Origin: Lama guanicoe
Taxonomy: Eukaryota
DNA: 64,000 bases
Assembly (NCBI GenBank): GCA_013239625.1
Contig: MU053379.1
Location: 318,490 to 382,489, forward strand
Direction: 5' to 3'
Shown: positions 1 to 14,179 of the stretch, piece by piece
Numbering within the stretch: the stretch's first letter is position 1
How the letters are laid out: each line of letters starts with the position of its first letter
The notes under the pieces: generated by a model
What the model saw: the letters and a program-made list of their open reading frames with translations, nothing else
What the model was told of the DNA's origin: nothing
The model's database searches: none
Made by a program: the position numbers and the translations under genes

Positions 1-2186
1 GGAACGGAGTGTTGTTTCCTTTAGCTTATTTGTCGTGAGAACACGTCTTATCTGAAGCAAAGTAATTTTTGGAAATGTACTTATTTTTAAAAAGGATGGA
101 TGAGCTGACCTCATGTATTCAAATGTCCAGGATGCAAGGTCCTAGCTATGGGGTCCTAAGGATATTTTTAGTTCACAGTCTACATGTGCACACAGTGGCA
201 AGCAAAGTGTTCCTTTCTGTTCTCACACTATTGGAGTAGGTGTGTCGTGTTTGCTGTAAAAGGCCATGTTTGCTGTGCACATGGAAAACTTAATGAAGCA
301 TTCTGCATGCAGGAGATGTGAAGTTGTCATTAATCATTGCTGCTAACTCCCGGATTTGAAAGCAGATGGAGCAGCCCACGGTTTCTCAAACAGCACAGGC
401 TGAGGTTGTGATGGATCCTCCTTGTTTTCCTTTAGACATCTTTTTCTTTCCTTTTTCTGGTGTTGCCCTTTGTCCTTCTACTCAAAGGCTGATTGTCTCT
501 GAAACATTTAAGGAATATGTGTGAACACCTGTGTATGCAGAAATATGTCTGTGGAAAACTAGCTTTGCTCCATAAATCCACTTTTCTCAAGAGAAAGATA
601 GTACATCAGGTTGGAAACACACTCTTGAAGAACATTCGCAGAAGGAAAAAAAAGAAACTCTCTAAGAAGAACCCAAATATTTCAGTCATCTGAACAGCTC
701 AATTCTGGGTCCCTAAAATTCCTCTGTCTCAGTCAGACCTTTCCTCTCCTTCCCCTCTCACTTTCTTTTATCATAAAAGCACCTGGGGAAAGGTGTGCTT
801 CACATCAGGCCAGTCGGGCACAGCACTCCCATTTCCCTGGCAACGGGAAGACCAGCTATGTCGTCTGTTTCATTCTTAAGGTTCTCCAGCAGAGGCTTGT
901 GAAGAGCATTGAGACTGTGGGCTTTGTGAGTGCACCTCTCACTCTCTGTCCCATCTTCTCCTTTCCCAGCATCACTGCTCCTTAGGCATATAGAAAACGC
1001 TGGAGATTGTGTTAGATCTTCAAGAGCCACTTGGCTGACAACTCATTCCAATTGTTCTCAGACAAAAATGTAATTTCCAAGTGGGATGACTGTAAGCCTC
1101 GATTCATTTCAGTACATGTGTACCTGTTTGTTGGAGAGTTGGCAGAAAATTAGAAATTCAGACCCAATATTTTCATACATGAAGGGGACACAGGATCTGG
1201 ACTCAGCTGGCCAGGGCCCAGGTCTGTGGTGCTTGGTAAAGCAGAGTGGACCCAGCCTAGGGATCATGCTACGCAGGCTCCGAAACACCCTGGGAAGTGA
1301 AAGAGCTACCACTGTCAGTCCCACGAGTATAGTTCTGACAAGAGAGACCCTAAGACATGAAAGAGCCTTTTATCACTTTGAAAACCTCTATTACTACTGA
1401 GAAGCAGAAATTTTGAACCCTTTAATGACTTTATGAAGTACTAAGCTAACTGAACAGACACCTTTTTAGTGTCTAAAATAAGTCACCTGACTTTTAAACC
1501 TCCCTAAAGAGTCTGATTAGACATGAGATTATATATAATATTAATAAAAATAAGGACAATTAAATGGTCTTTCATTTTACAAAGATGATGGTGCTCATTT
1601 GTAATTCCCACACAGGGTACAACCCGTGAGTAAAATTTTCTAGGGAACCAGACCCAAAATGAGGGCTTCTAAAAATAGGATAGCACCTAATCAATGATTC
1701 AGGAAAATTTATATAATACAGGATTGTGCTTCCAATGGAAGCTACATGATCTTTGCCCAGTGTCTCAAGAATTAATCAAGAACCCACTACAGATGACTGA
1801 CCAACAGGCAAAGGGGACTTGAGACATTGAGACATTGAGTCCTCTGGAAATACCTGTGCATTTCTATATAGAGATAGGGCACCTCGCCAGGTCACAGTCA
1901 GAAGAGCATGTTGTTGAGTTGTTTCCCAGCAGTGGAGATCAGTTTTCACCAAGCCACTCAAATGTTCAACCCCCATCTCAATTGTGACCAGCCACACATA
2001 TTTGTAAATGTGTTTTTCATAGAGACTGGCCACAGGCTTTGAGCACATAAGTATAGATTCCATGACCTTGGTCTAATTCAACCATAGCTGTTTCTGTGGT
2101 GCACAGTTGGGCTGCACTATTCATCCTGCTACCCATCAACCTCCACCCACCACCCACCTCCCATATTATTCTGAAAGTATTGTTGG

Positions 2187-2733
2187 CTGTGGCTGATTGT
2201 ATTTTCCAAAGATGGCTGTAACAGTATCTCCACCCCAACATGGTCTTCTTACAATATGACTTCAAGACTCTTCCCATTGAGTGTTAGAGTCTATGCCCCT
2301 TGTCCTTGAACATGGATGGAACTTCGTCATTGCCATGACCAACAAAGTATGGCAGAAATAATACTATGTGACTTACCATGATAAACCATTAAAATGCCTT
2401 GTTCTTTTGGAGCACTTGGTCTTGGTATACAGCTCCATGCAAGAAAACCAAACAGAAAGTTCATGTGTAAGTGTTCCAGCCAATGGCCCAGCTGAGATCC
2501 CAGCTAACTGCCAGCAAAAACCACCAGACATGTGAGTGGTGATGCCTCCAGATGATCCCAGTCACTCTTCAAATTTCCCCAGCCAGGCCCCAGGCATTGT
2601 AGAGAAAAGACAAACCAGTCCCACTGTGCCCCATTTAAATTGCTGACCCACAGAATCCATGAGCACAATAAAAAGATTATTTTGTGCCATCAAGTTTTAG
2701 GGTCGTTTGTTACGCAGCAGTAGGAGCTGGAAC
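2187..2733 (+). mobile_element. MaLR LTR (MLT1F/G/H-like)
   Basis: TGTATTTTCCAAAGATGGC...CCCACAGAATCCATGAGC...AAGTTTTAGGGTCGTTTGTTACGCAGCA. Confidence 0.75.
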
Positions 2734-5334
2734 ACTGTCAAAGCTTAGACTTGGCTTGCTTTCAAGCCCTGTAACAGAAAATTGTATTCCATCCTCAGAG
2801 TCCTTCCATGGCCCATAAAACCCTCATGTTTCCATAAGTTGCAAGCTTCAGTGGGAGCCAATTGAATGAAATGTATGAGCCCGAAGTGCCTTAAGACAAA
2901 AACAGCTCTTCTGAAGTATAAATTTTTTAAAGTAAATAGAGGTCTATTTTATCCTTATTTAAAGCAATTTCTTAGTCCTGATGCCTCAAGAGACAATATT
3001 CTCTTGAAGGAAAACCTTAAAAGAGAGTTGCATCCTCCCTTCCTTATTTGAATTTGAAGGGTCTTCCCTACTTAAGATGACCTGTCTTGCCACCCCCAGT
3101 GTCAGATAAAAACTTTTTCAAATCCACATAACATGACTTACTTAGATTTTAGACCGATTGAATGCTTCAAATGTCTTGGTGGCCAGTCACATAACATTCA
3201 GTTTTATTGCTTAAATTATAACAAGGAGGAGATCTTCCCCCTCCCAGGGCCATTGATATTCTCTTCTTGATTGAGCTGACACTAACCTCCCTCCTTACAC
3301 ACACATTTAAAACAAAAGAAAGAAAAAAGGCACTAACTCCCTCCTTCCTCCACCCTCACATGAGTACCATGCCCCAAGACTATTCTTTGGCTTTTTTTTT
3401 CTCTTGTGGGACTCTCCTTCAAGGAGCTCAAGGGGACACCACGGTGTTTGATCCACATCCAGGTGATCAGCCCAGCCTCTCCTTGTGCAGCTTGGCCCAA
3501 AGCCCACCTCTGCAGTGTTTGGTAAACAACTCCCACGTACCCAAACGAGGCAAAGACCTCTTCAATTTCCTTTACTCATCAATCTAAGGGGATAGACAAT
3601 CCGTAATCTCCTCCAACATCAGGCAGTTAGGAATGTGCATCTTGTTCAGAACTAGACACATGCTCTCGAGGATGACAGTTTGATTCAAATTCCCAGGAGT
3701 CAAAGAAAGCAATCAAAGCAGGAAGAAGATACAAGCCCTCAAATTGCCAGGCCACCAAACAGGGTCACTCTTGGCATCAGCTTGTCCTGGGAGAGGGAGG
3801 GAAACAGTTGATGAAACGTAAAATTTCAGTGGCAGCACAGAGACAATTGTAATATGGATTGAAGAGTGCCCCCGGGGAAAGCAGAGGAGAGGTTCAAAGG
3901 CAAAAGAATTATTTAGGACAAAGAGAGAAAAAAACTATAAGCAGCTGTAACCCCCCCAAGCACTTAGCTGCAGTGCCAGTCCTGGATTACCAATGTCTTA
4001 TTTGAATTCAGCTAAGTTTTTGTTCAAAGAGTGTGTTGATACTATGCATGTCCCAGTGTAGGACAGAAGCAGTAATTTTCTCAAAGGTTCATCCACTTTA
4101 TAAGCCATATTTAGGCATTTTCACCCATATTTAATTTATGGAAAGGACAACTAGACTGTCAGAAAATCCTGGTGCTAAACCAGCTCTATTAGAGAAGGTC
4201 CATGTAATGGAACCTTGACGTCCAGTGGGAGTTCCTGGTTCACTGAGACATCTACACAATTGCCTCATGCGGTAGAATTCCACACTTTCTCAGGGTTTCT
4301 GTAAATTTCTGGGATGGGGTCAATGCTCCCATGGTAACTCTGACCCAGCTTCATCTTTCAATATGTGTTAATTCTTCTAAGTCCTTCCAACCCAGGCAAC
4401 CCAGTCTCTTCCTCAATGTCTACATGACACATCTATTCTCATCGAGCATTTTGGGAGAAGACTGCATCGTGTAGCAAGCAGTGTAGAAACACATGCCAGG
4501 GATTCGTACTCTGTGAAGTCTCTCTGAGAACCCTGCCAAGCCAACAGTCTTCCTGGCCTTTCGTCACCTTCACGTATGGGGTTGGACCCTCTACTCACCC
4601 CCCCTCCTTTCTCCTTTCTTCCTTCTCTTGTCTGAAGAACAGTAACTGAAAACTCCTCCTGCATTTTATCCCAAAGAGAATTTTAGTAATTTCTTTGGTT
4701 GTCAAACTTCAGCAAATAGAAGATCCTACAAAAATGTAGTTCTGTATCAACCTGAAATCGTGATGGCAACAAGTAAGACAATGTATGTCTTAGCCTCCTT
4801 GCCATAGCACTAAGACACTTTGCATCTTGGTGCTTGAGTTTCTCATCTTTAAGATGCCAGAGTGGAACAGTGATTCCCCCACTTTGGCTTTCTCCTCGAG
4901 CTCACTGGGAGGCCAACACTGTGCATGTGGAAAAGAAATGTCAGCATATTGGCATCTGGGCTAATAAACAGATCCATTAATTGTGTTTTACATGAAATGT
5001 GAAATTCAAAGAAAACACTAAAGGATGTTAATGTTGCTAAGCAGAGTCCTGTGCCATTTAAAAAAATATGTTCATTCCTGCTCTACCACTCATCATCTGT
5101 GAAACGTTGGGTAATTAGTTAACATATCTGAGCTTAATTTTTTTCAACTTTGTATTTGTAACATACTGTGATTAGTTCTAGGAATCTCCAAAGTGCACTG
5201 CAACCACTTTGAATGACTGCTTGATGAGAAGTAATAAAGCTCAAACAGCACCCTCTGGCTTACACTTCCACTCCCAGGTATAAACCCAACAGAAATGCAC
5301 ACACATGCCCCTTGATAGATGTGTGTGAGAATGT

Positions 5335-5756
5335 TCATGTCTTAATGCCCAGAATCTGTGAATGTGACCTCATCTGAGCAAAGAGTCTTTGCAGATGTAA
5401 CTAAGGCAACGATCTTGAGGTGAGATCATCCTGGATTAGCCAGTGGGCTGTAAATCCAATGACATGTGTCCCTTTGAGAGACAGAGGAGGAGAACAGAGA
5501 TGAAGGAGGAGAAAAGTCCATGTAAAGACAGAGGCAGAGGTTGGAGTGACGCGGTCAAATGCTGAGGAACACCTAGAACCTCCAGAAGCTGGAAGAGACA
5601 AGGAAAGACTCTCCCCTAGAGCCTTCAGGGGAGCAGAGCCCTGCAGACACCTTGATTTCAGACTGTGGCCTCTAGAACAGTGAGAGGGAGCATTTCTGTT
5701 GTTTTAAATGACCAAGTTTGTGGTAATTTGTTACAGAAGCCCTAGAAAACACTATA
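5335..5756 (+). mobile_element. MaLR solo LTR (MLT1C/D-like)
   Basis: CTTTGCAGATGTAA...GAGATCATCCTGGATTA...CCAGAAGCTGGAAGAGACAAGGAA...TTTGTGGTAATTTGTTACAG. Confidence 0.85.
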
Positions 5757-5898
5757 AGCCCCAGACTGGAAACTGTGCACACACTCACAGTAACAGCATG
5801 AATACCTCAAACACAGTGAAATGCTTCACAGCAGTGGAAAAGCACAAACAACGTGGATGAAGCTCATCAAGATAGTGTTAAATTAAAGAAGCTAGACT

Positions 5899-5982
5899 TG
5901 GGAGGGGCAGGTAGAGCTCAGCGGTAGAGCACACGCATGCATGAGGTCCTGGGTTCAATCCCCAGCACTGCCATTTAAAAAA
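5899..5982 (+). mobile_element. tRNA-derived SINE (Vic-1-like, short)
   Basis: A-box-like AGCTCAGCGG, B box GGTTCAATCC, A tail; TSD AAGCTAGACT/AAGCTAGGCT at 5889-5898 and 5983-5992. Confidence 0.85.
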
Positions 5983-6784
5983 AAGCTAGGCTCAAAGTGT
6001 GTAATACATGTTTCTATGAAAAACATTATCATGTGATGTGTGTCAGAATGGGAGTTACCTTTGGCAAAGGGCACAAGGAGCCTCCTGTGGTGTTGGCAGT
6101 GTTCTAGCTCATGGGTTGGGTAGTGGTTACAAGGACGTGTTTGCTTTGCAAAAATAGGTTGACTTGTATACTTAAGTATATACCTTATTGTATATATATT
6201 CACCTCCAACAAGCTTTTTCAGGCTTTGTGTTTTTAATCTTAAAATATTAACAGACTTGAATATTCTATTCACATAAGCAAAGAACATTCACCAGGGTTT
6301 GCTGTAAGCTTTGGGGTACAATATAGGATGGTTGGCTATGGCATTTATACGGGGAACACTTTGTACATTTAAAGCAGAATTGTTGCATCCTGACTTCACA
6401 TATTCAGTGACTGTCACAGTACAGTTATTTAAGTTTCAAATGTTCACATCTAAACAGTTACAAAAATGCCCCAAGCATGAGCTCTAAAGGCACCCAAACA
6501 TGATCCTACTAAAGCAAATTGGCATGAGCTGTTTTACAACCTCTGATCTGCTCACAACATTCCCTTCATCAGCCCATTAGCTCACCTCCTTCAGGCAGTC
6601 CTGCTTGCAGCTACATCTGATATAGGTGATTGTGTCTAACTCGTCCCCAAGTATTCATATTTAGCTTATATTTCATTCATCACAAGTATTTGCTTATGTG
6701 CTATTCTGTAAGAGTTCCTGACTTGTTTCCATACAGCTTGAGCAGATTTTAGGCATTTTTAACCATCTAAGCATTGGGGCCACC

Positions 6785-7225
6785 TCAGGTTGTTACTTAG
6801 AAATGGATACTGAGATGAAGATTCCTCTGTAAGTGATTTTATAGGGAAAAGTTCCTGGGAGAAACTGGTAAGGGGGTGAGGGAAGCAGGGCAGGGAAGGG
6901 GAAGAAGTTGCATAGGAGGGCAGTTGTGAGGGAAGTCCCACCAAGGGTGGCTTTAGCCTGATTCCACAGGGATCTCTGTATGTAAAGCACACCTTAGAGG
7001 TTCCCGGTGTAGCTGGACTTTCATACTCCCACACTGTCAGCAGTGTCCCTGAGGGGGAGCTTACCCTCTCAGGCACCCTGACTTTTATGCAGGCAAAGAG
7101 ATTCTCTAGTGCAAGGGCAGCTCTCTGAAGAACCCCAGTAGACTCAATGGCACACTAACACTGCAGGAAGGGTGCACCCAATCAGTGGAGGGGATCCACT
7201 GGGATCTAGGTGAAGCACAGTGTCC
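6785..7225 (-). mobile_element. ERVL-class LTR (LTR16/LTR33-like)
   Basis: AGAAATGGATACTGAGATGAAGATTC...AAGTGATTTTATAGGG signature. Confidence 0.6.
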
Positions 7226-7549
7226 ACTACAGGGCCTTGCCTTGATCTCTCTGTGAGATTCCATACCTTTCCTTTTGGAACAGTGCCCTCTCCACCTGGA
7301 CAGGGCCTACCAGAGCCAATTCTTCCCTCTCTGCTGTGCAGTGTGGGCAAGGAATGGTATAAATTTGCCATCTCATGCGTTCCACCCACAGAGCTGGGCT
7401 TAGGTCTCCTTTAGTCTCTGGTCTCTCCAAGCCAATCAAAATCTGGGAGGGAGAAAGGGTGGTGAGTGGCAGGGCACAGGTCCCTTCTCAGAGATCCACC
7501 ACACGCAGAGACCCTGCTCTCCTCTCCTTGTTCGAGAAGGTAGAATCAT

Positions 7550-7800
7550 GTGGTAGTTGAAAGTTCACAATCTGTAGTCAGTATGCCTGGGTTGGGATCC
7601 CAGTCCCTAATTTACTACCTGTGACACTTTGGGCAAATTACTTAACCCCTCTGCAGTTCACCTTCCTCATATCTAGCATGAGGGTAACAGTCGCACTCTA
7701 CCTTCTGGAATTATTTTGAGTATCAGATGAACAAATACATAATGTTAGATGGATAAAATATGGAGTATTTACAACAGAAGCTGGCCCATAGTGAGCAGCT
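7550..7800 (+). mobile_element. MIR SINE
   Basis: Core TTGGGCAAATTACTTAACCCCTCTG...CTTCCTCATATCT. Confidence 0.75.
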
Positions 7801-8112
7801 CTTTATTAGTAAAGTCAGGGTAAAGGTGTCATCCAGTCACAAAGACACAGACAGAGATACAGTTACCATGAAACTCGAGCTCCCCATTAATTTGTATTAG
7901 TAACATCTTATTATTTTTTCTTGTAGAGAACCCCCAAATTACATGAGCTTTTGTTCCTACAAAACCTGGATCTACTCCTGGAAATCAGCTATAGTTTCCC
8001 TTCAGCTTCATCTCTTGGAAACTTCAGCACAATGGAGGGAGTCAGGGAAAGTGATTGGAACCCACTATAAGTACCTTTTGACTTGGAATGGTGCTGCAAG
8101 GTCCCCATCTGT

Positions 8113-8255
8113 GTCCACGCCATCATCCTCATCAACTTTGTCATCACCATCCTCCCCATCTCAGTTGCTACCACCATCAGCTCCACCATCATCACCATCA
8201 TTGTTTTCACCTGCACCACCAGTCATCACCAACTTCCCCTGCTACTTCATTATCA
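8113..8255. repeat. Imperfect (CAT/CAC)n trinucleotide low-complexity repeat
   Basis: CATCATCCTCATCAAC...CACCATCATCACCATCAT. Confidence 0.85.
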
Positions 8256-10253
8256 TCCATTTCGCAGCACTTCTGCCCCATGCTCTCATTTATTCTCCCA
8301 ACTTTTCTGAAAAAAATAGAAAAGGGGCATATGCTAAGGTCTTCATTCTTGAGTCAGATAAAGAGAGGTACAGGCTGGTTGATTTTACCATGGCTTACTG
8401 TTCATATCATGTCAACCTTGCACAAAGAAGACTAGATGGGTCAAAGGAGCCAGGGTTCAGGGCTCCCTGACCAGGGGTCAAATCCAGGTACAGCTTGGGA
8501 AACAACTTCATCTGTAAAGGGGAGCAGAAAATACGACCTACGTGCCTGTGAGAAAAAGGAGACCAAGGGTCACATGGCACTTGCTACACAGAAGACATTG
8601 GCCAACCCTCCAGAATCAGCTCCCTGTCCCCACCTGGCCACTTCCAAAGGACAGAATTTACACAACAGAATAAGAAAACAAAGAATAAGACTTACGAAAA
8701 GAAAGAGGAAGCAAGTATATTATCCATAAAGGCCAATATCTATTGTTGTTAGTTCTAACAGCTAATTTTTGGCTGCGGGTTCCTTGGAAGCCAGGAAAAC
8801 AATGAAAACACAGAAAGTCTTCCCCCCAGAAAATACATTTTCAATATAATGGAGTTGACCTTGACATTAAATTCTAAAAGATATTTTTTCTTGTGAAATT
8901 TTGTATATGATTTTCTGAGACCAGTTTCCAAACAAATACAGAAGAGTTTTTATACGACTGTTGGTTATACAGAACTTGGATCCTGCCAGGGGCCTATAAT
9001 TGAAACCTAACACAGTCAAAGAGATTCTTCAGGGAATTACACAGACGTAGTTCGAGAATGAGAGCTGACAGTGGCCAAATTTAATGTAGGGACAAAATTC
9101 AGACAGCATAGAGGAAGCTGGGACTTTGTCCCTCGCACTTTCTTCCCTAAATGCTACTTTTCTAAGCTGCCTTTTCAATAAGAGATGAGTGGGAGGGTCA
9201 AGGTTTAACTCTTTGGTAGGGGGTTCATGTGCTATGTCCACGTGCAAGGTAGGTCCATGTGTTACAATAGTAAATAATAGTAATGGCGATGATGATAATA
9301 ATAGAGCAGTTAGCTTGCAACCTCATGAACTGTTGAGTTTCAGCTGATGGGACATAGGAGAGTATCTGCTAACAACAGATGTGTCAAAATAATTAACATG
9401 AACCCTTATTTCTGGTAGAAAAAAAAATTATGCTAGTCAAGACTAGATTCAGTTATCATCATTTGAGCTCAAAATATACCAAGAAGTTGGAACTGATTCT
9501 CTCAGAACTTCCTTCTGCTTCCTGAAAGACAAATGATTATACAAACAGTTCAGATAATTGAAGAGTTTGAGAAAAGTGTGTTTATTCTTCAGGTACAGAA
9601 ATTTCTCTCCTTCCCTTTTGTAGCTTTTTCTCTTCATCAAAATGACATCCAAAAAGAGCATAATCAATTAAAATTTCCAAAATTTTAGTTTTTTGCTTGT
9701 CCGTCTCCCAGCTCCAATCCTTCCCAGTTAGAACTTTCTCACAGTGGGCACTGGCCGTGGGCACACTTCAGCTGCAGGGCTCAGGCTGGATGTGTTAGAG
9801 GACCTTGGCAAGAAGGTAGCTGCCAGTGTGACGATCAAAATTGCATAACCATGGTTGGCGCGATTGGTTCTGATGTGTCTCTGGGGTACCAGAATGTCCT
9901 GAATTAGTCTGAGTGGGTGACCACAGTGTATTTGTCAGTATTTGTTGAGAGACTGATGCTAAAGAGCTGGCGTGTCACGTCACAGGGGCATTAGGGGAAG
10001 GATGGACCCCCATTATGCAATCCCTTGAGTCTTGACAGTTTTAATTTGGTAAACAAATATCCTAGTTTCCTTAAGGTGGGACAAACTGGAAGCATGTTCT
10101 ATGTTGTCTCCAGCAGGAGTAAGTGCCTTCAGTATATGCTGCTCACTAATGCTCTTTGGATTGACTTCCTTCCCTTCCCCACCTCTCTTCCCACACCCCT
10201 AACCAGCTTCCTGGGGTTGTCCTCCAGATCATTCTTGTCTCAGGATTAGCTTC

Positions 10254-10517
10254 CTTTTTTATGCACTTTTTTAACTCTCATTCTTTTAAAATTTTATTGA
10301 GGTGTAGTTGACATGTGATATTATATTAGTTTTAGATGTCCAACAGAATGATTCAACATTTGCACTCACTGCAAAATGATCACCATGATAAGTCTACTTA
10401 ATATTTGTCACCCTACAAGTTACAAAATTTGTTTTCTTGTGATGGAAACTGTTAAGATCTACTTTCATAAGAACTTTCAAATATGCAATATAGTATTATT
10501 AACTATAGTCACCAAAT
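10254..10517 (-). mobile_element. L1 3' end fragment inserted in an LTR16/33-like LTR
   Basis: T-rich tail then TTTATTGAGGTGTAGTTGACA...AACTATAGTCACCA; TSD ATTAGCTTC at 10245-10253 and 10518-10526. Confidence 0.8.
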
Positions 10518-13500
10518 ATTAGCTTCTGTGAGAAGAAAAAAGAGACAGTGTTCATACACTTTGATAGGCTATTTTCATTCCTAGTTTATGGAGGAGACTA
10601 AGACTTAGAGTCATTAAGTAACTAGCCCAAGATCACACTTCCAATAAATTGGGAAACTTATTCAGTCCCACATGTTCCTGTCCTTTCCCATTACACCACA
10701 GAGCCTTGTAAAATTGGCAGAGGTAATTTGCCCTGCAGCTGGTACACAGATATGGCTTTGGGAAAATAAGCATCTAGAATTTCCTTTCTTACTAAACCCG
10801 TTTTCAAGTTTTCATATCTCTGCAGGGCATATTCTTGTTTCTGTTTCATTGGTAACAAAGTTTATTTGGTTGCTTCTTTGTAAGTCAGACATAAATAGCC
10901 ACCCAATTAAGGTAACTGCAGTTACACGTTAGTGTCATAATATTCTTTGCCTGGTGTGCTGGGTATCTTCCCTTTGCCTCTGGCAGATCCACTGTCTCCC
11001 GCTCCCAACCCTGGGAGGCTGCCCAATAAAACTGACAAAAATCCACATGCAAGCAAGAAGCCATGGAATTCAAAGGTGATGCTATAAGCTTTTTCCCAAT
11101 CACACTGTGGTAATAACTGAAATCAGTTTCTCAAAAGAGTCAAAATTAGGCAGTAGGATGTGATGAGCAAACACATCTTAGACTGTTGTTAGAAAAACAG
11201 AATTCCTTGTTTCATATTGTAATAGAAGTGCTTTTAAAATGTTACAAGACAGTGTGATCAAAGAAAGAGAAGCTTGCCTTTTTAAATGTCCCAGAGCAGA
11301 AGCACATGTTAAAATGTCATATTTTTAAAGTTCTGGGGATAAAAAGTAAGGTTAAATACTTAAAAGGGCAAAGTGGATATTTCTAGCTGTGAGATGTGTA
11401 ATGGAAAAAGTAGGCAGGAAGGAACTGATTAGGTAGGCAGAAAAGGAGCAAATGTCCAAGCAAATACAGGACATTTGTATGAGCAGAGCCAGTGAGAAGA
11501 AAGAGGAACTAGCACATCGAGCAAAAATAAAGTCATTTTCTATAGGCTCCAAAGATTTTCCTAAGACAATAAAAGAAACTTGTATTTTGGGGAGGTGACT
11601 CCTAGAATGCCCTTCCTCATTTAAGACATTTTTACCCACATTGAAGACTCAAATCCAAAGCCTTTCCCTCACTTGGCTTACAATGCCTTAGCCAACTAAC
11701 CTCTCTGGGAGTCACTCCTCCCTGTCCTTTAAAGTCAGTTGGTTAGCAGTGGTTTGCACCTGACAGCAGGCCTACCATGGCTTGCCCTTCAGCCAGGCAC
11801 AGTCCTCTGGTACAGCTGTGTCTGCTTACCGGCATTTCGTACCTGCGCCATGTGACACAAGAGATGACCCATTCCCTCTGCCAGGAATATCCTCACCACC
11901 CCATCGTCCCATCCACCTGGCTTATTCTCGCTTGTTCTTTAAAACCAACCAGTGACATCTTCTGCAGGAAGTCTCTTTGATTAGCTTCACTTACCAATTT
12001 CCCATCCCTCTTAGGTATATTTTAGTACAGAGATTATCATGTGGAATCCAAACTGTTTATTCACTTGCCTCTCTTTCCCTATAAATTGGTCATTGGGCTG
12101 TATTTTATTTATCTCTGTGACTGGGATACTGAAGATGGTAATGGGGGATCAACGTTCGACGGAATCAAGTTGAGTATATTCAACATGGCCTTTGAATGTA
12201 TATATTTCTGAAGCCTTTATTTTCAGCTCCACAGTTCTCAAATCCTTTGTCCTGGGGGTTTCTAGGTATCATTTTTGCTATTTGTCCCCAGATGTCCTCA
12301 CGGTATGGTAAAGTGAGGCAGGTGGGGGAATCCGAAGTGCACCACATTCAACTGAGTCACCAACAGGCAAGGGATGTGTTGTCTCCACAGCCCAGTAACT
12401 CGGCAAAGCTCAAGCCAGAACTCCTTTTCATGAGGTCAAGCTGATGCTTCATACGAGGAGGTTCACTTTTTTGTGGATGCTCGTCTATTGTGTGGCTGTG
12501 GTAGTCTGGATCACCTGACTCTCAGCTGTGTGTCTTTCATATGGTCCAGGCCAGCACTCGGCTCCCAGGAAACTGGGTCGCCTATGATACGATGCCACAT
12601 CTGTAAGATTCGACAGTTGGGAGGGAGCCGGCTGGGCGCAGCAATCAGAGGGAATTTTCTGCTGGTAGATGGAGATTTGCTGCATTTTGCATTCTCTGGT
12701 GTACAATGTCTTTGATTGCCAGCACTGTCATTTCAGGTTTGACATCCTTCTGTGGGGAACATCTGTGGCACGAGGCATTTCTGTACCCACAAAAAGACAG
12801 ACAAGACGCTGCTAATTTTTTTAATCACATGATACAGTCTGACATATACAGTAACAGCTAGGCTGCATCTAGGCTGGAATTATTTTTCAATTTGACAGCT
12901 AACAGTTGCTCATCTTTTTTTTCTCTTGTTTTTTCTCACTCACACTTGTGTCCACCTGCACTTCCAGGGCTCTGAACTGAGACTGAAAGGATGTGTATTT
13001 CTTTCTCATTTCTTCAAGGGATATGTCCTTTTATCCATGGCCCTCAGCCACATGGAAAATCAAGAAAGGATCATCAGGGCCCAACCTTCCCCTCATCCTC
13101 CCTGTTTTTTCTGTAAATTCTTTCAGCATTCCCTGCCATGTCTGCATCTCAGAACCCCCCACGTTCTTCGTGTTGCTCTAGGCTGTTCCAGGCAGGAAGG
13201 CAGACTTGACTAAGAAACCGTTCTACATCAAACCTTGGTAATTTTGTTTTAACTCCTTCCCACTCCCTTTATACACAAGGGCATTCACTTAATGTAACTA
13301 CTCTTCACCAGGGGTGATAGCAAATGAATCCCTGTGGGAAGAACTTCAGGTATCAGTGGTAGTTTTGAGGACTTGAGTAGAAGCTCTTCCACATTCCTGT
13401 TGCAAAGCTGGTTCTCCCCTTTCCCACAGTGCCCAGTGTGACGACAGACCACCAGCTGGCTGTCTGATACTGGGTCTGGCCAGTGCACTAAATCACTGTG

Positions 13501-14179
13501 GGGCCCTGGACAAGGTGACTTACCACTCTGGCCATAGCTCTGTCAAATGTGAAAGAGAATGTGTGTTAAATTGTGCAAACATTGCTCACAGCTCTAAAAT
13601 TCCTACTCACAGCTCACAGTGAGTGACAGTTTCTAGAACATTTAGAAAAGTTTCCCACACTTGCCATAGGGGTGGTAACAAAACTAATAACAAAGCAGTT
13701 TGCTCTGGAGATTTATCCTCACAAAGGCGTCCTACTCGCTTGCCACTCGGTGGAGTCTAGATACGGCAACATACAAAATGAAAATAAAAGCGAGATGTGG
13801 GGCTCATCATGAAGCAGTAACAGTATTTTCCCCAGCATCCTTTTAGTTTTAATTGTTACTCATTTTTGTCCACACCTTGATAAGACGATCCCTAAAGAAA
13901 ACTGCATCCCCCCAGAAGTTTTTTTTTTGATGATGTTTATTTGGGTTTATAGGATACATACCAGCTTGGTTGAGAGAATGCCATCTTTATAGCTATGTGG
14001 GGCAATGACAACTCATTCTCTGGCATTCCTCCCATGAAGAGGTGGGATCGATGCTCCCCAGCCCTCCTACATGGGCTCTGTGTGGGCTCAGCACCCCCTT
14101 CCTCCTCCAGAACAGCCTGGCCCATTCGAGACTGGCACCTTCCACTGTCTGTCTCATAGAACACTCACTCTAAGACTCA

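Larger units (their letters stand above)
5230..6210 (+). mobile_element. Old L1 (L1ME/MC-like) 3' region interrupted by an MLT1 LTR and a SINE
   Basis: TTCCACTCCCAGGTATAAACCCAACAGAAATG...AGAATGTTCAT resumes after 5757 with GCCCCAGACTGGAAAC; ends in an L1M-type 3'UTR. Confidence 0.65.

Noticed and set aside
5899..5982. Possible tRNA gene
   Set aside because: Degenerate cloverleaf, A tail and TSD indicate a SINE; the same applies at 16981 and 25191
7943..8470. His-rich, Ser/Pro-rich and Met/Val-rich overlapping ORFs
   Set aside because: All explained by the (CAT/CAC)n repeat; no recognisable domain or exon structure
12485..12782. Minus-strand coding exon after an acceptor-like TTTTTGTGGGTACAG
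   Set aside because: All three frames stop within ~45 codons and resemble no protein I recognise
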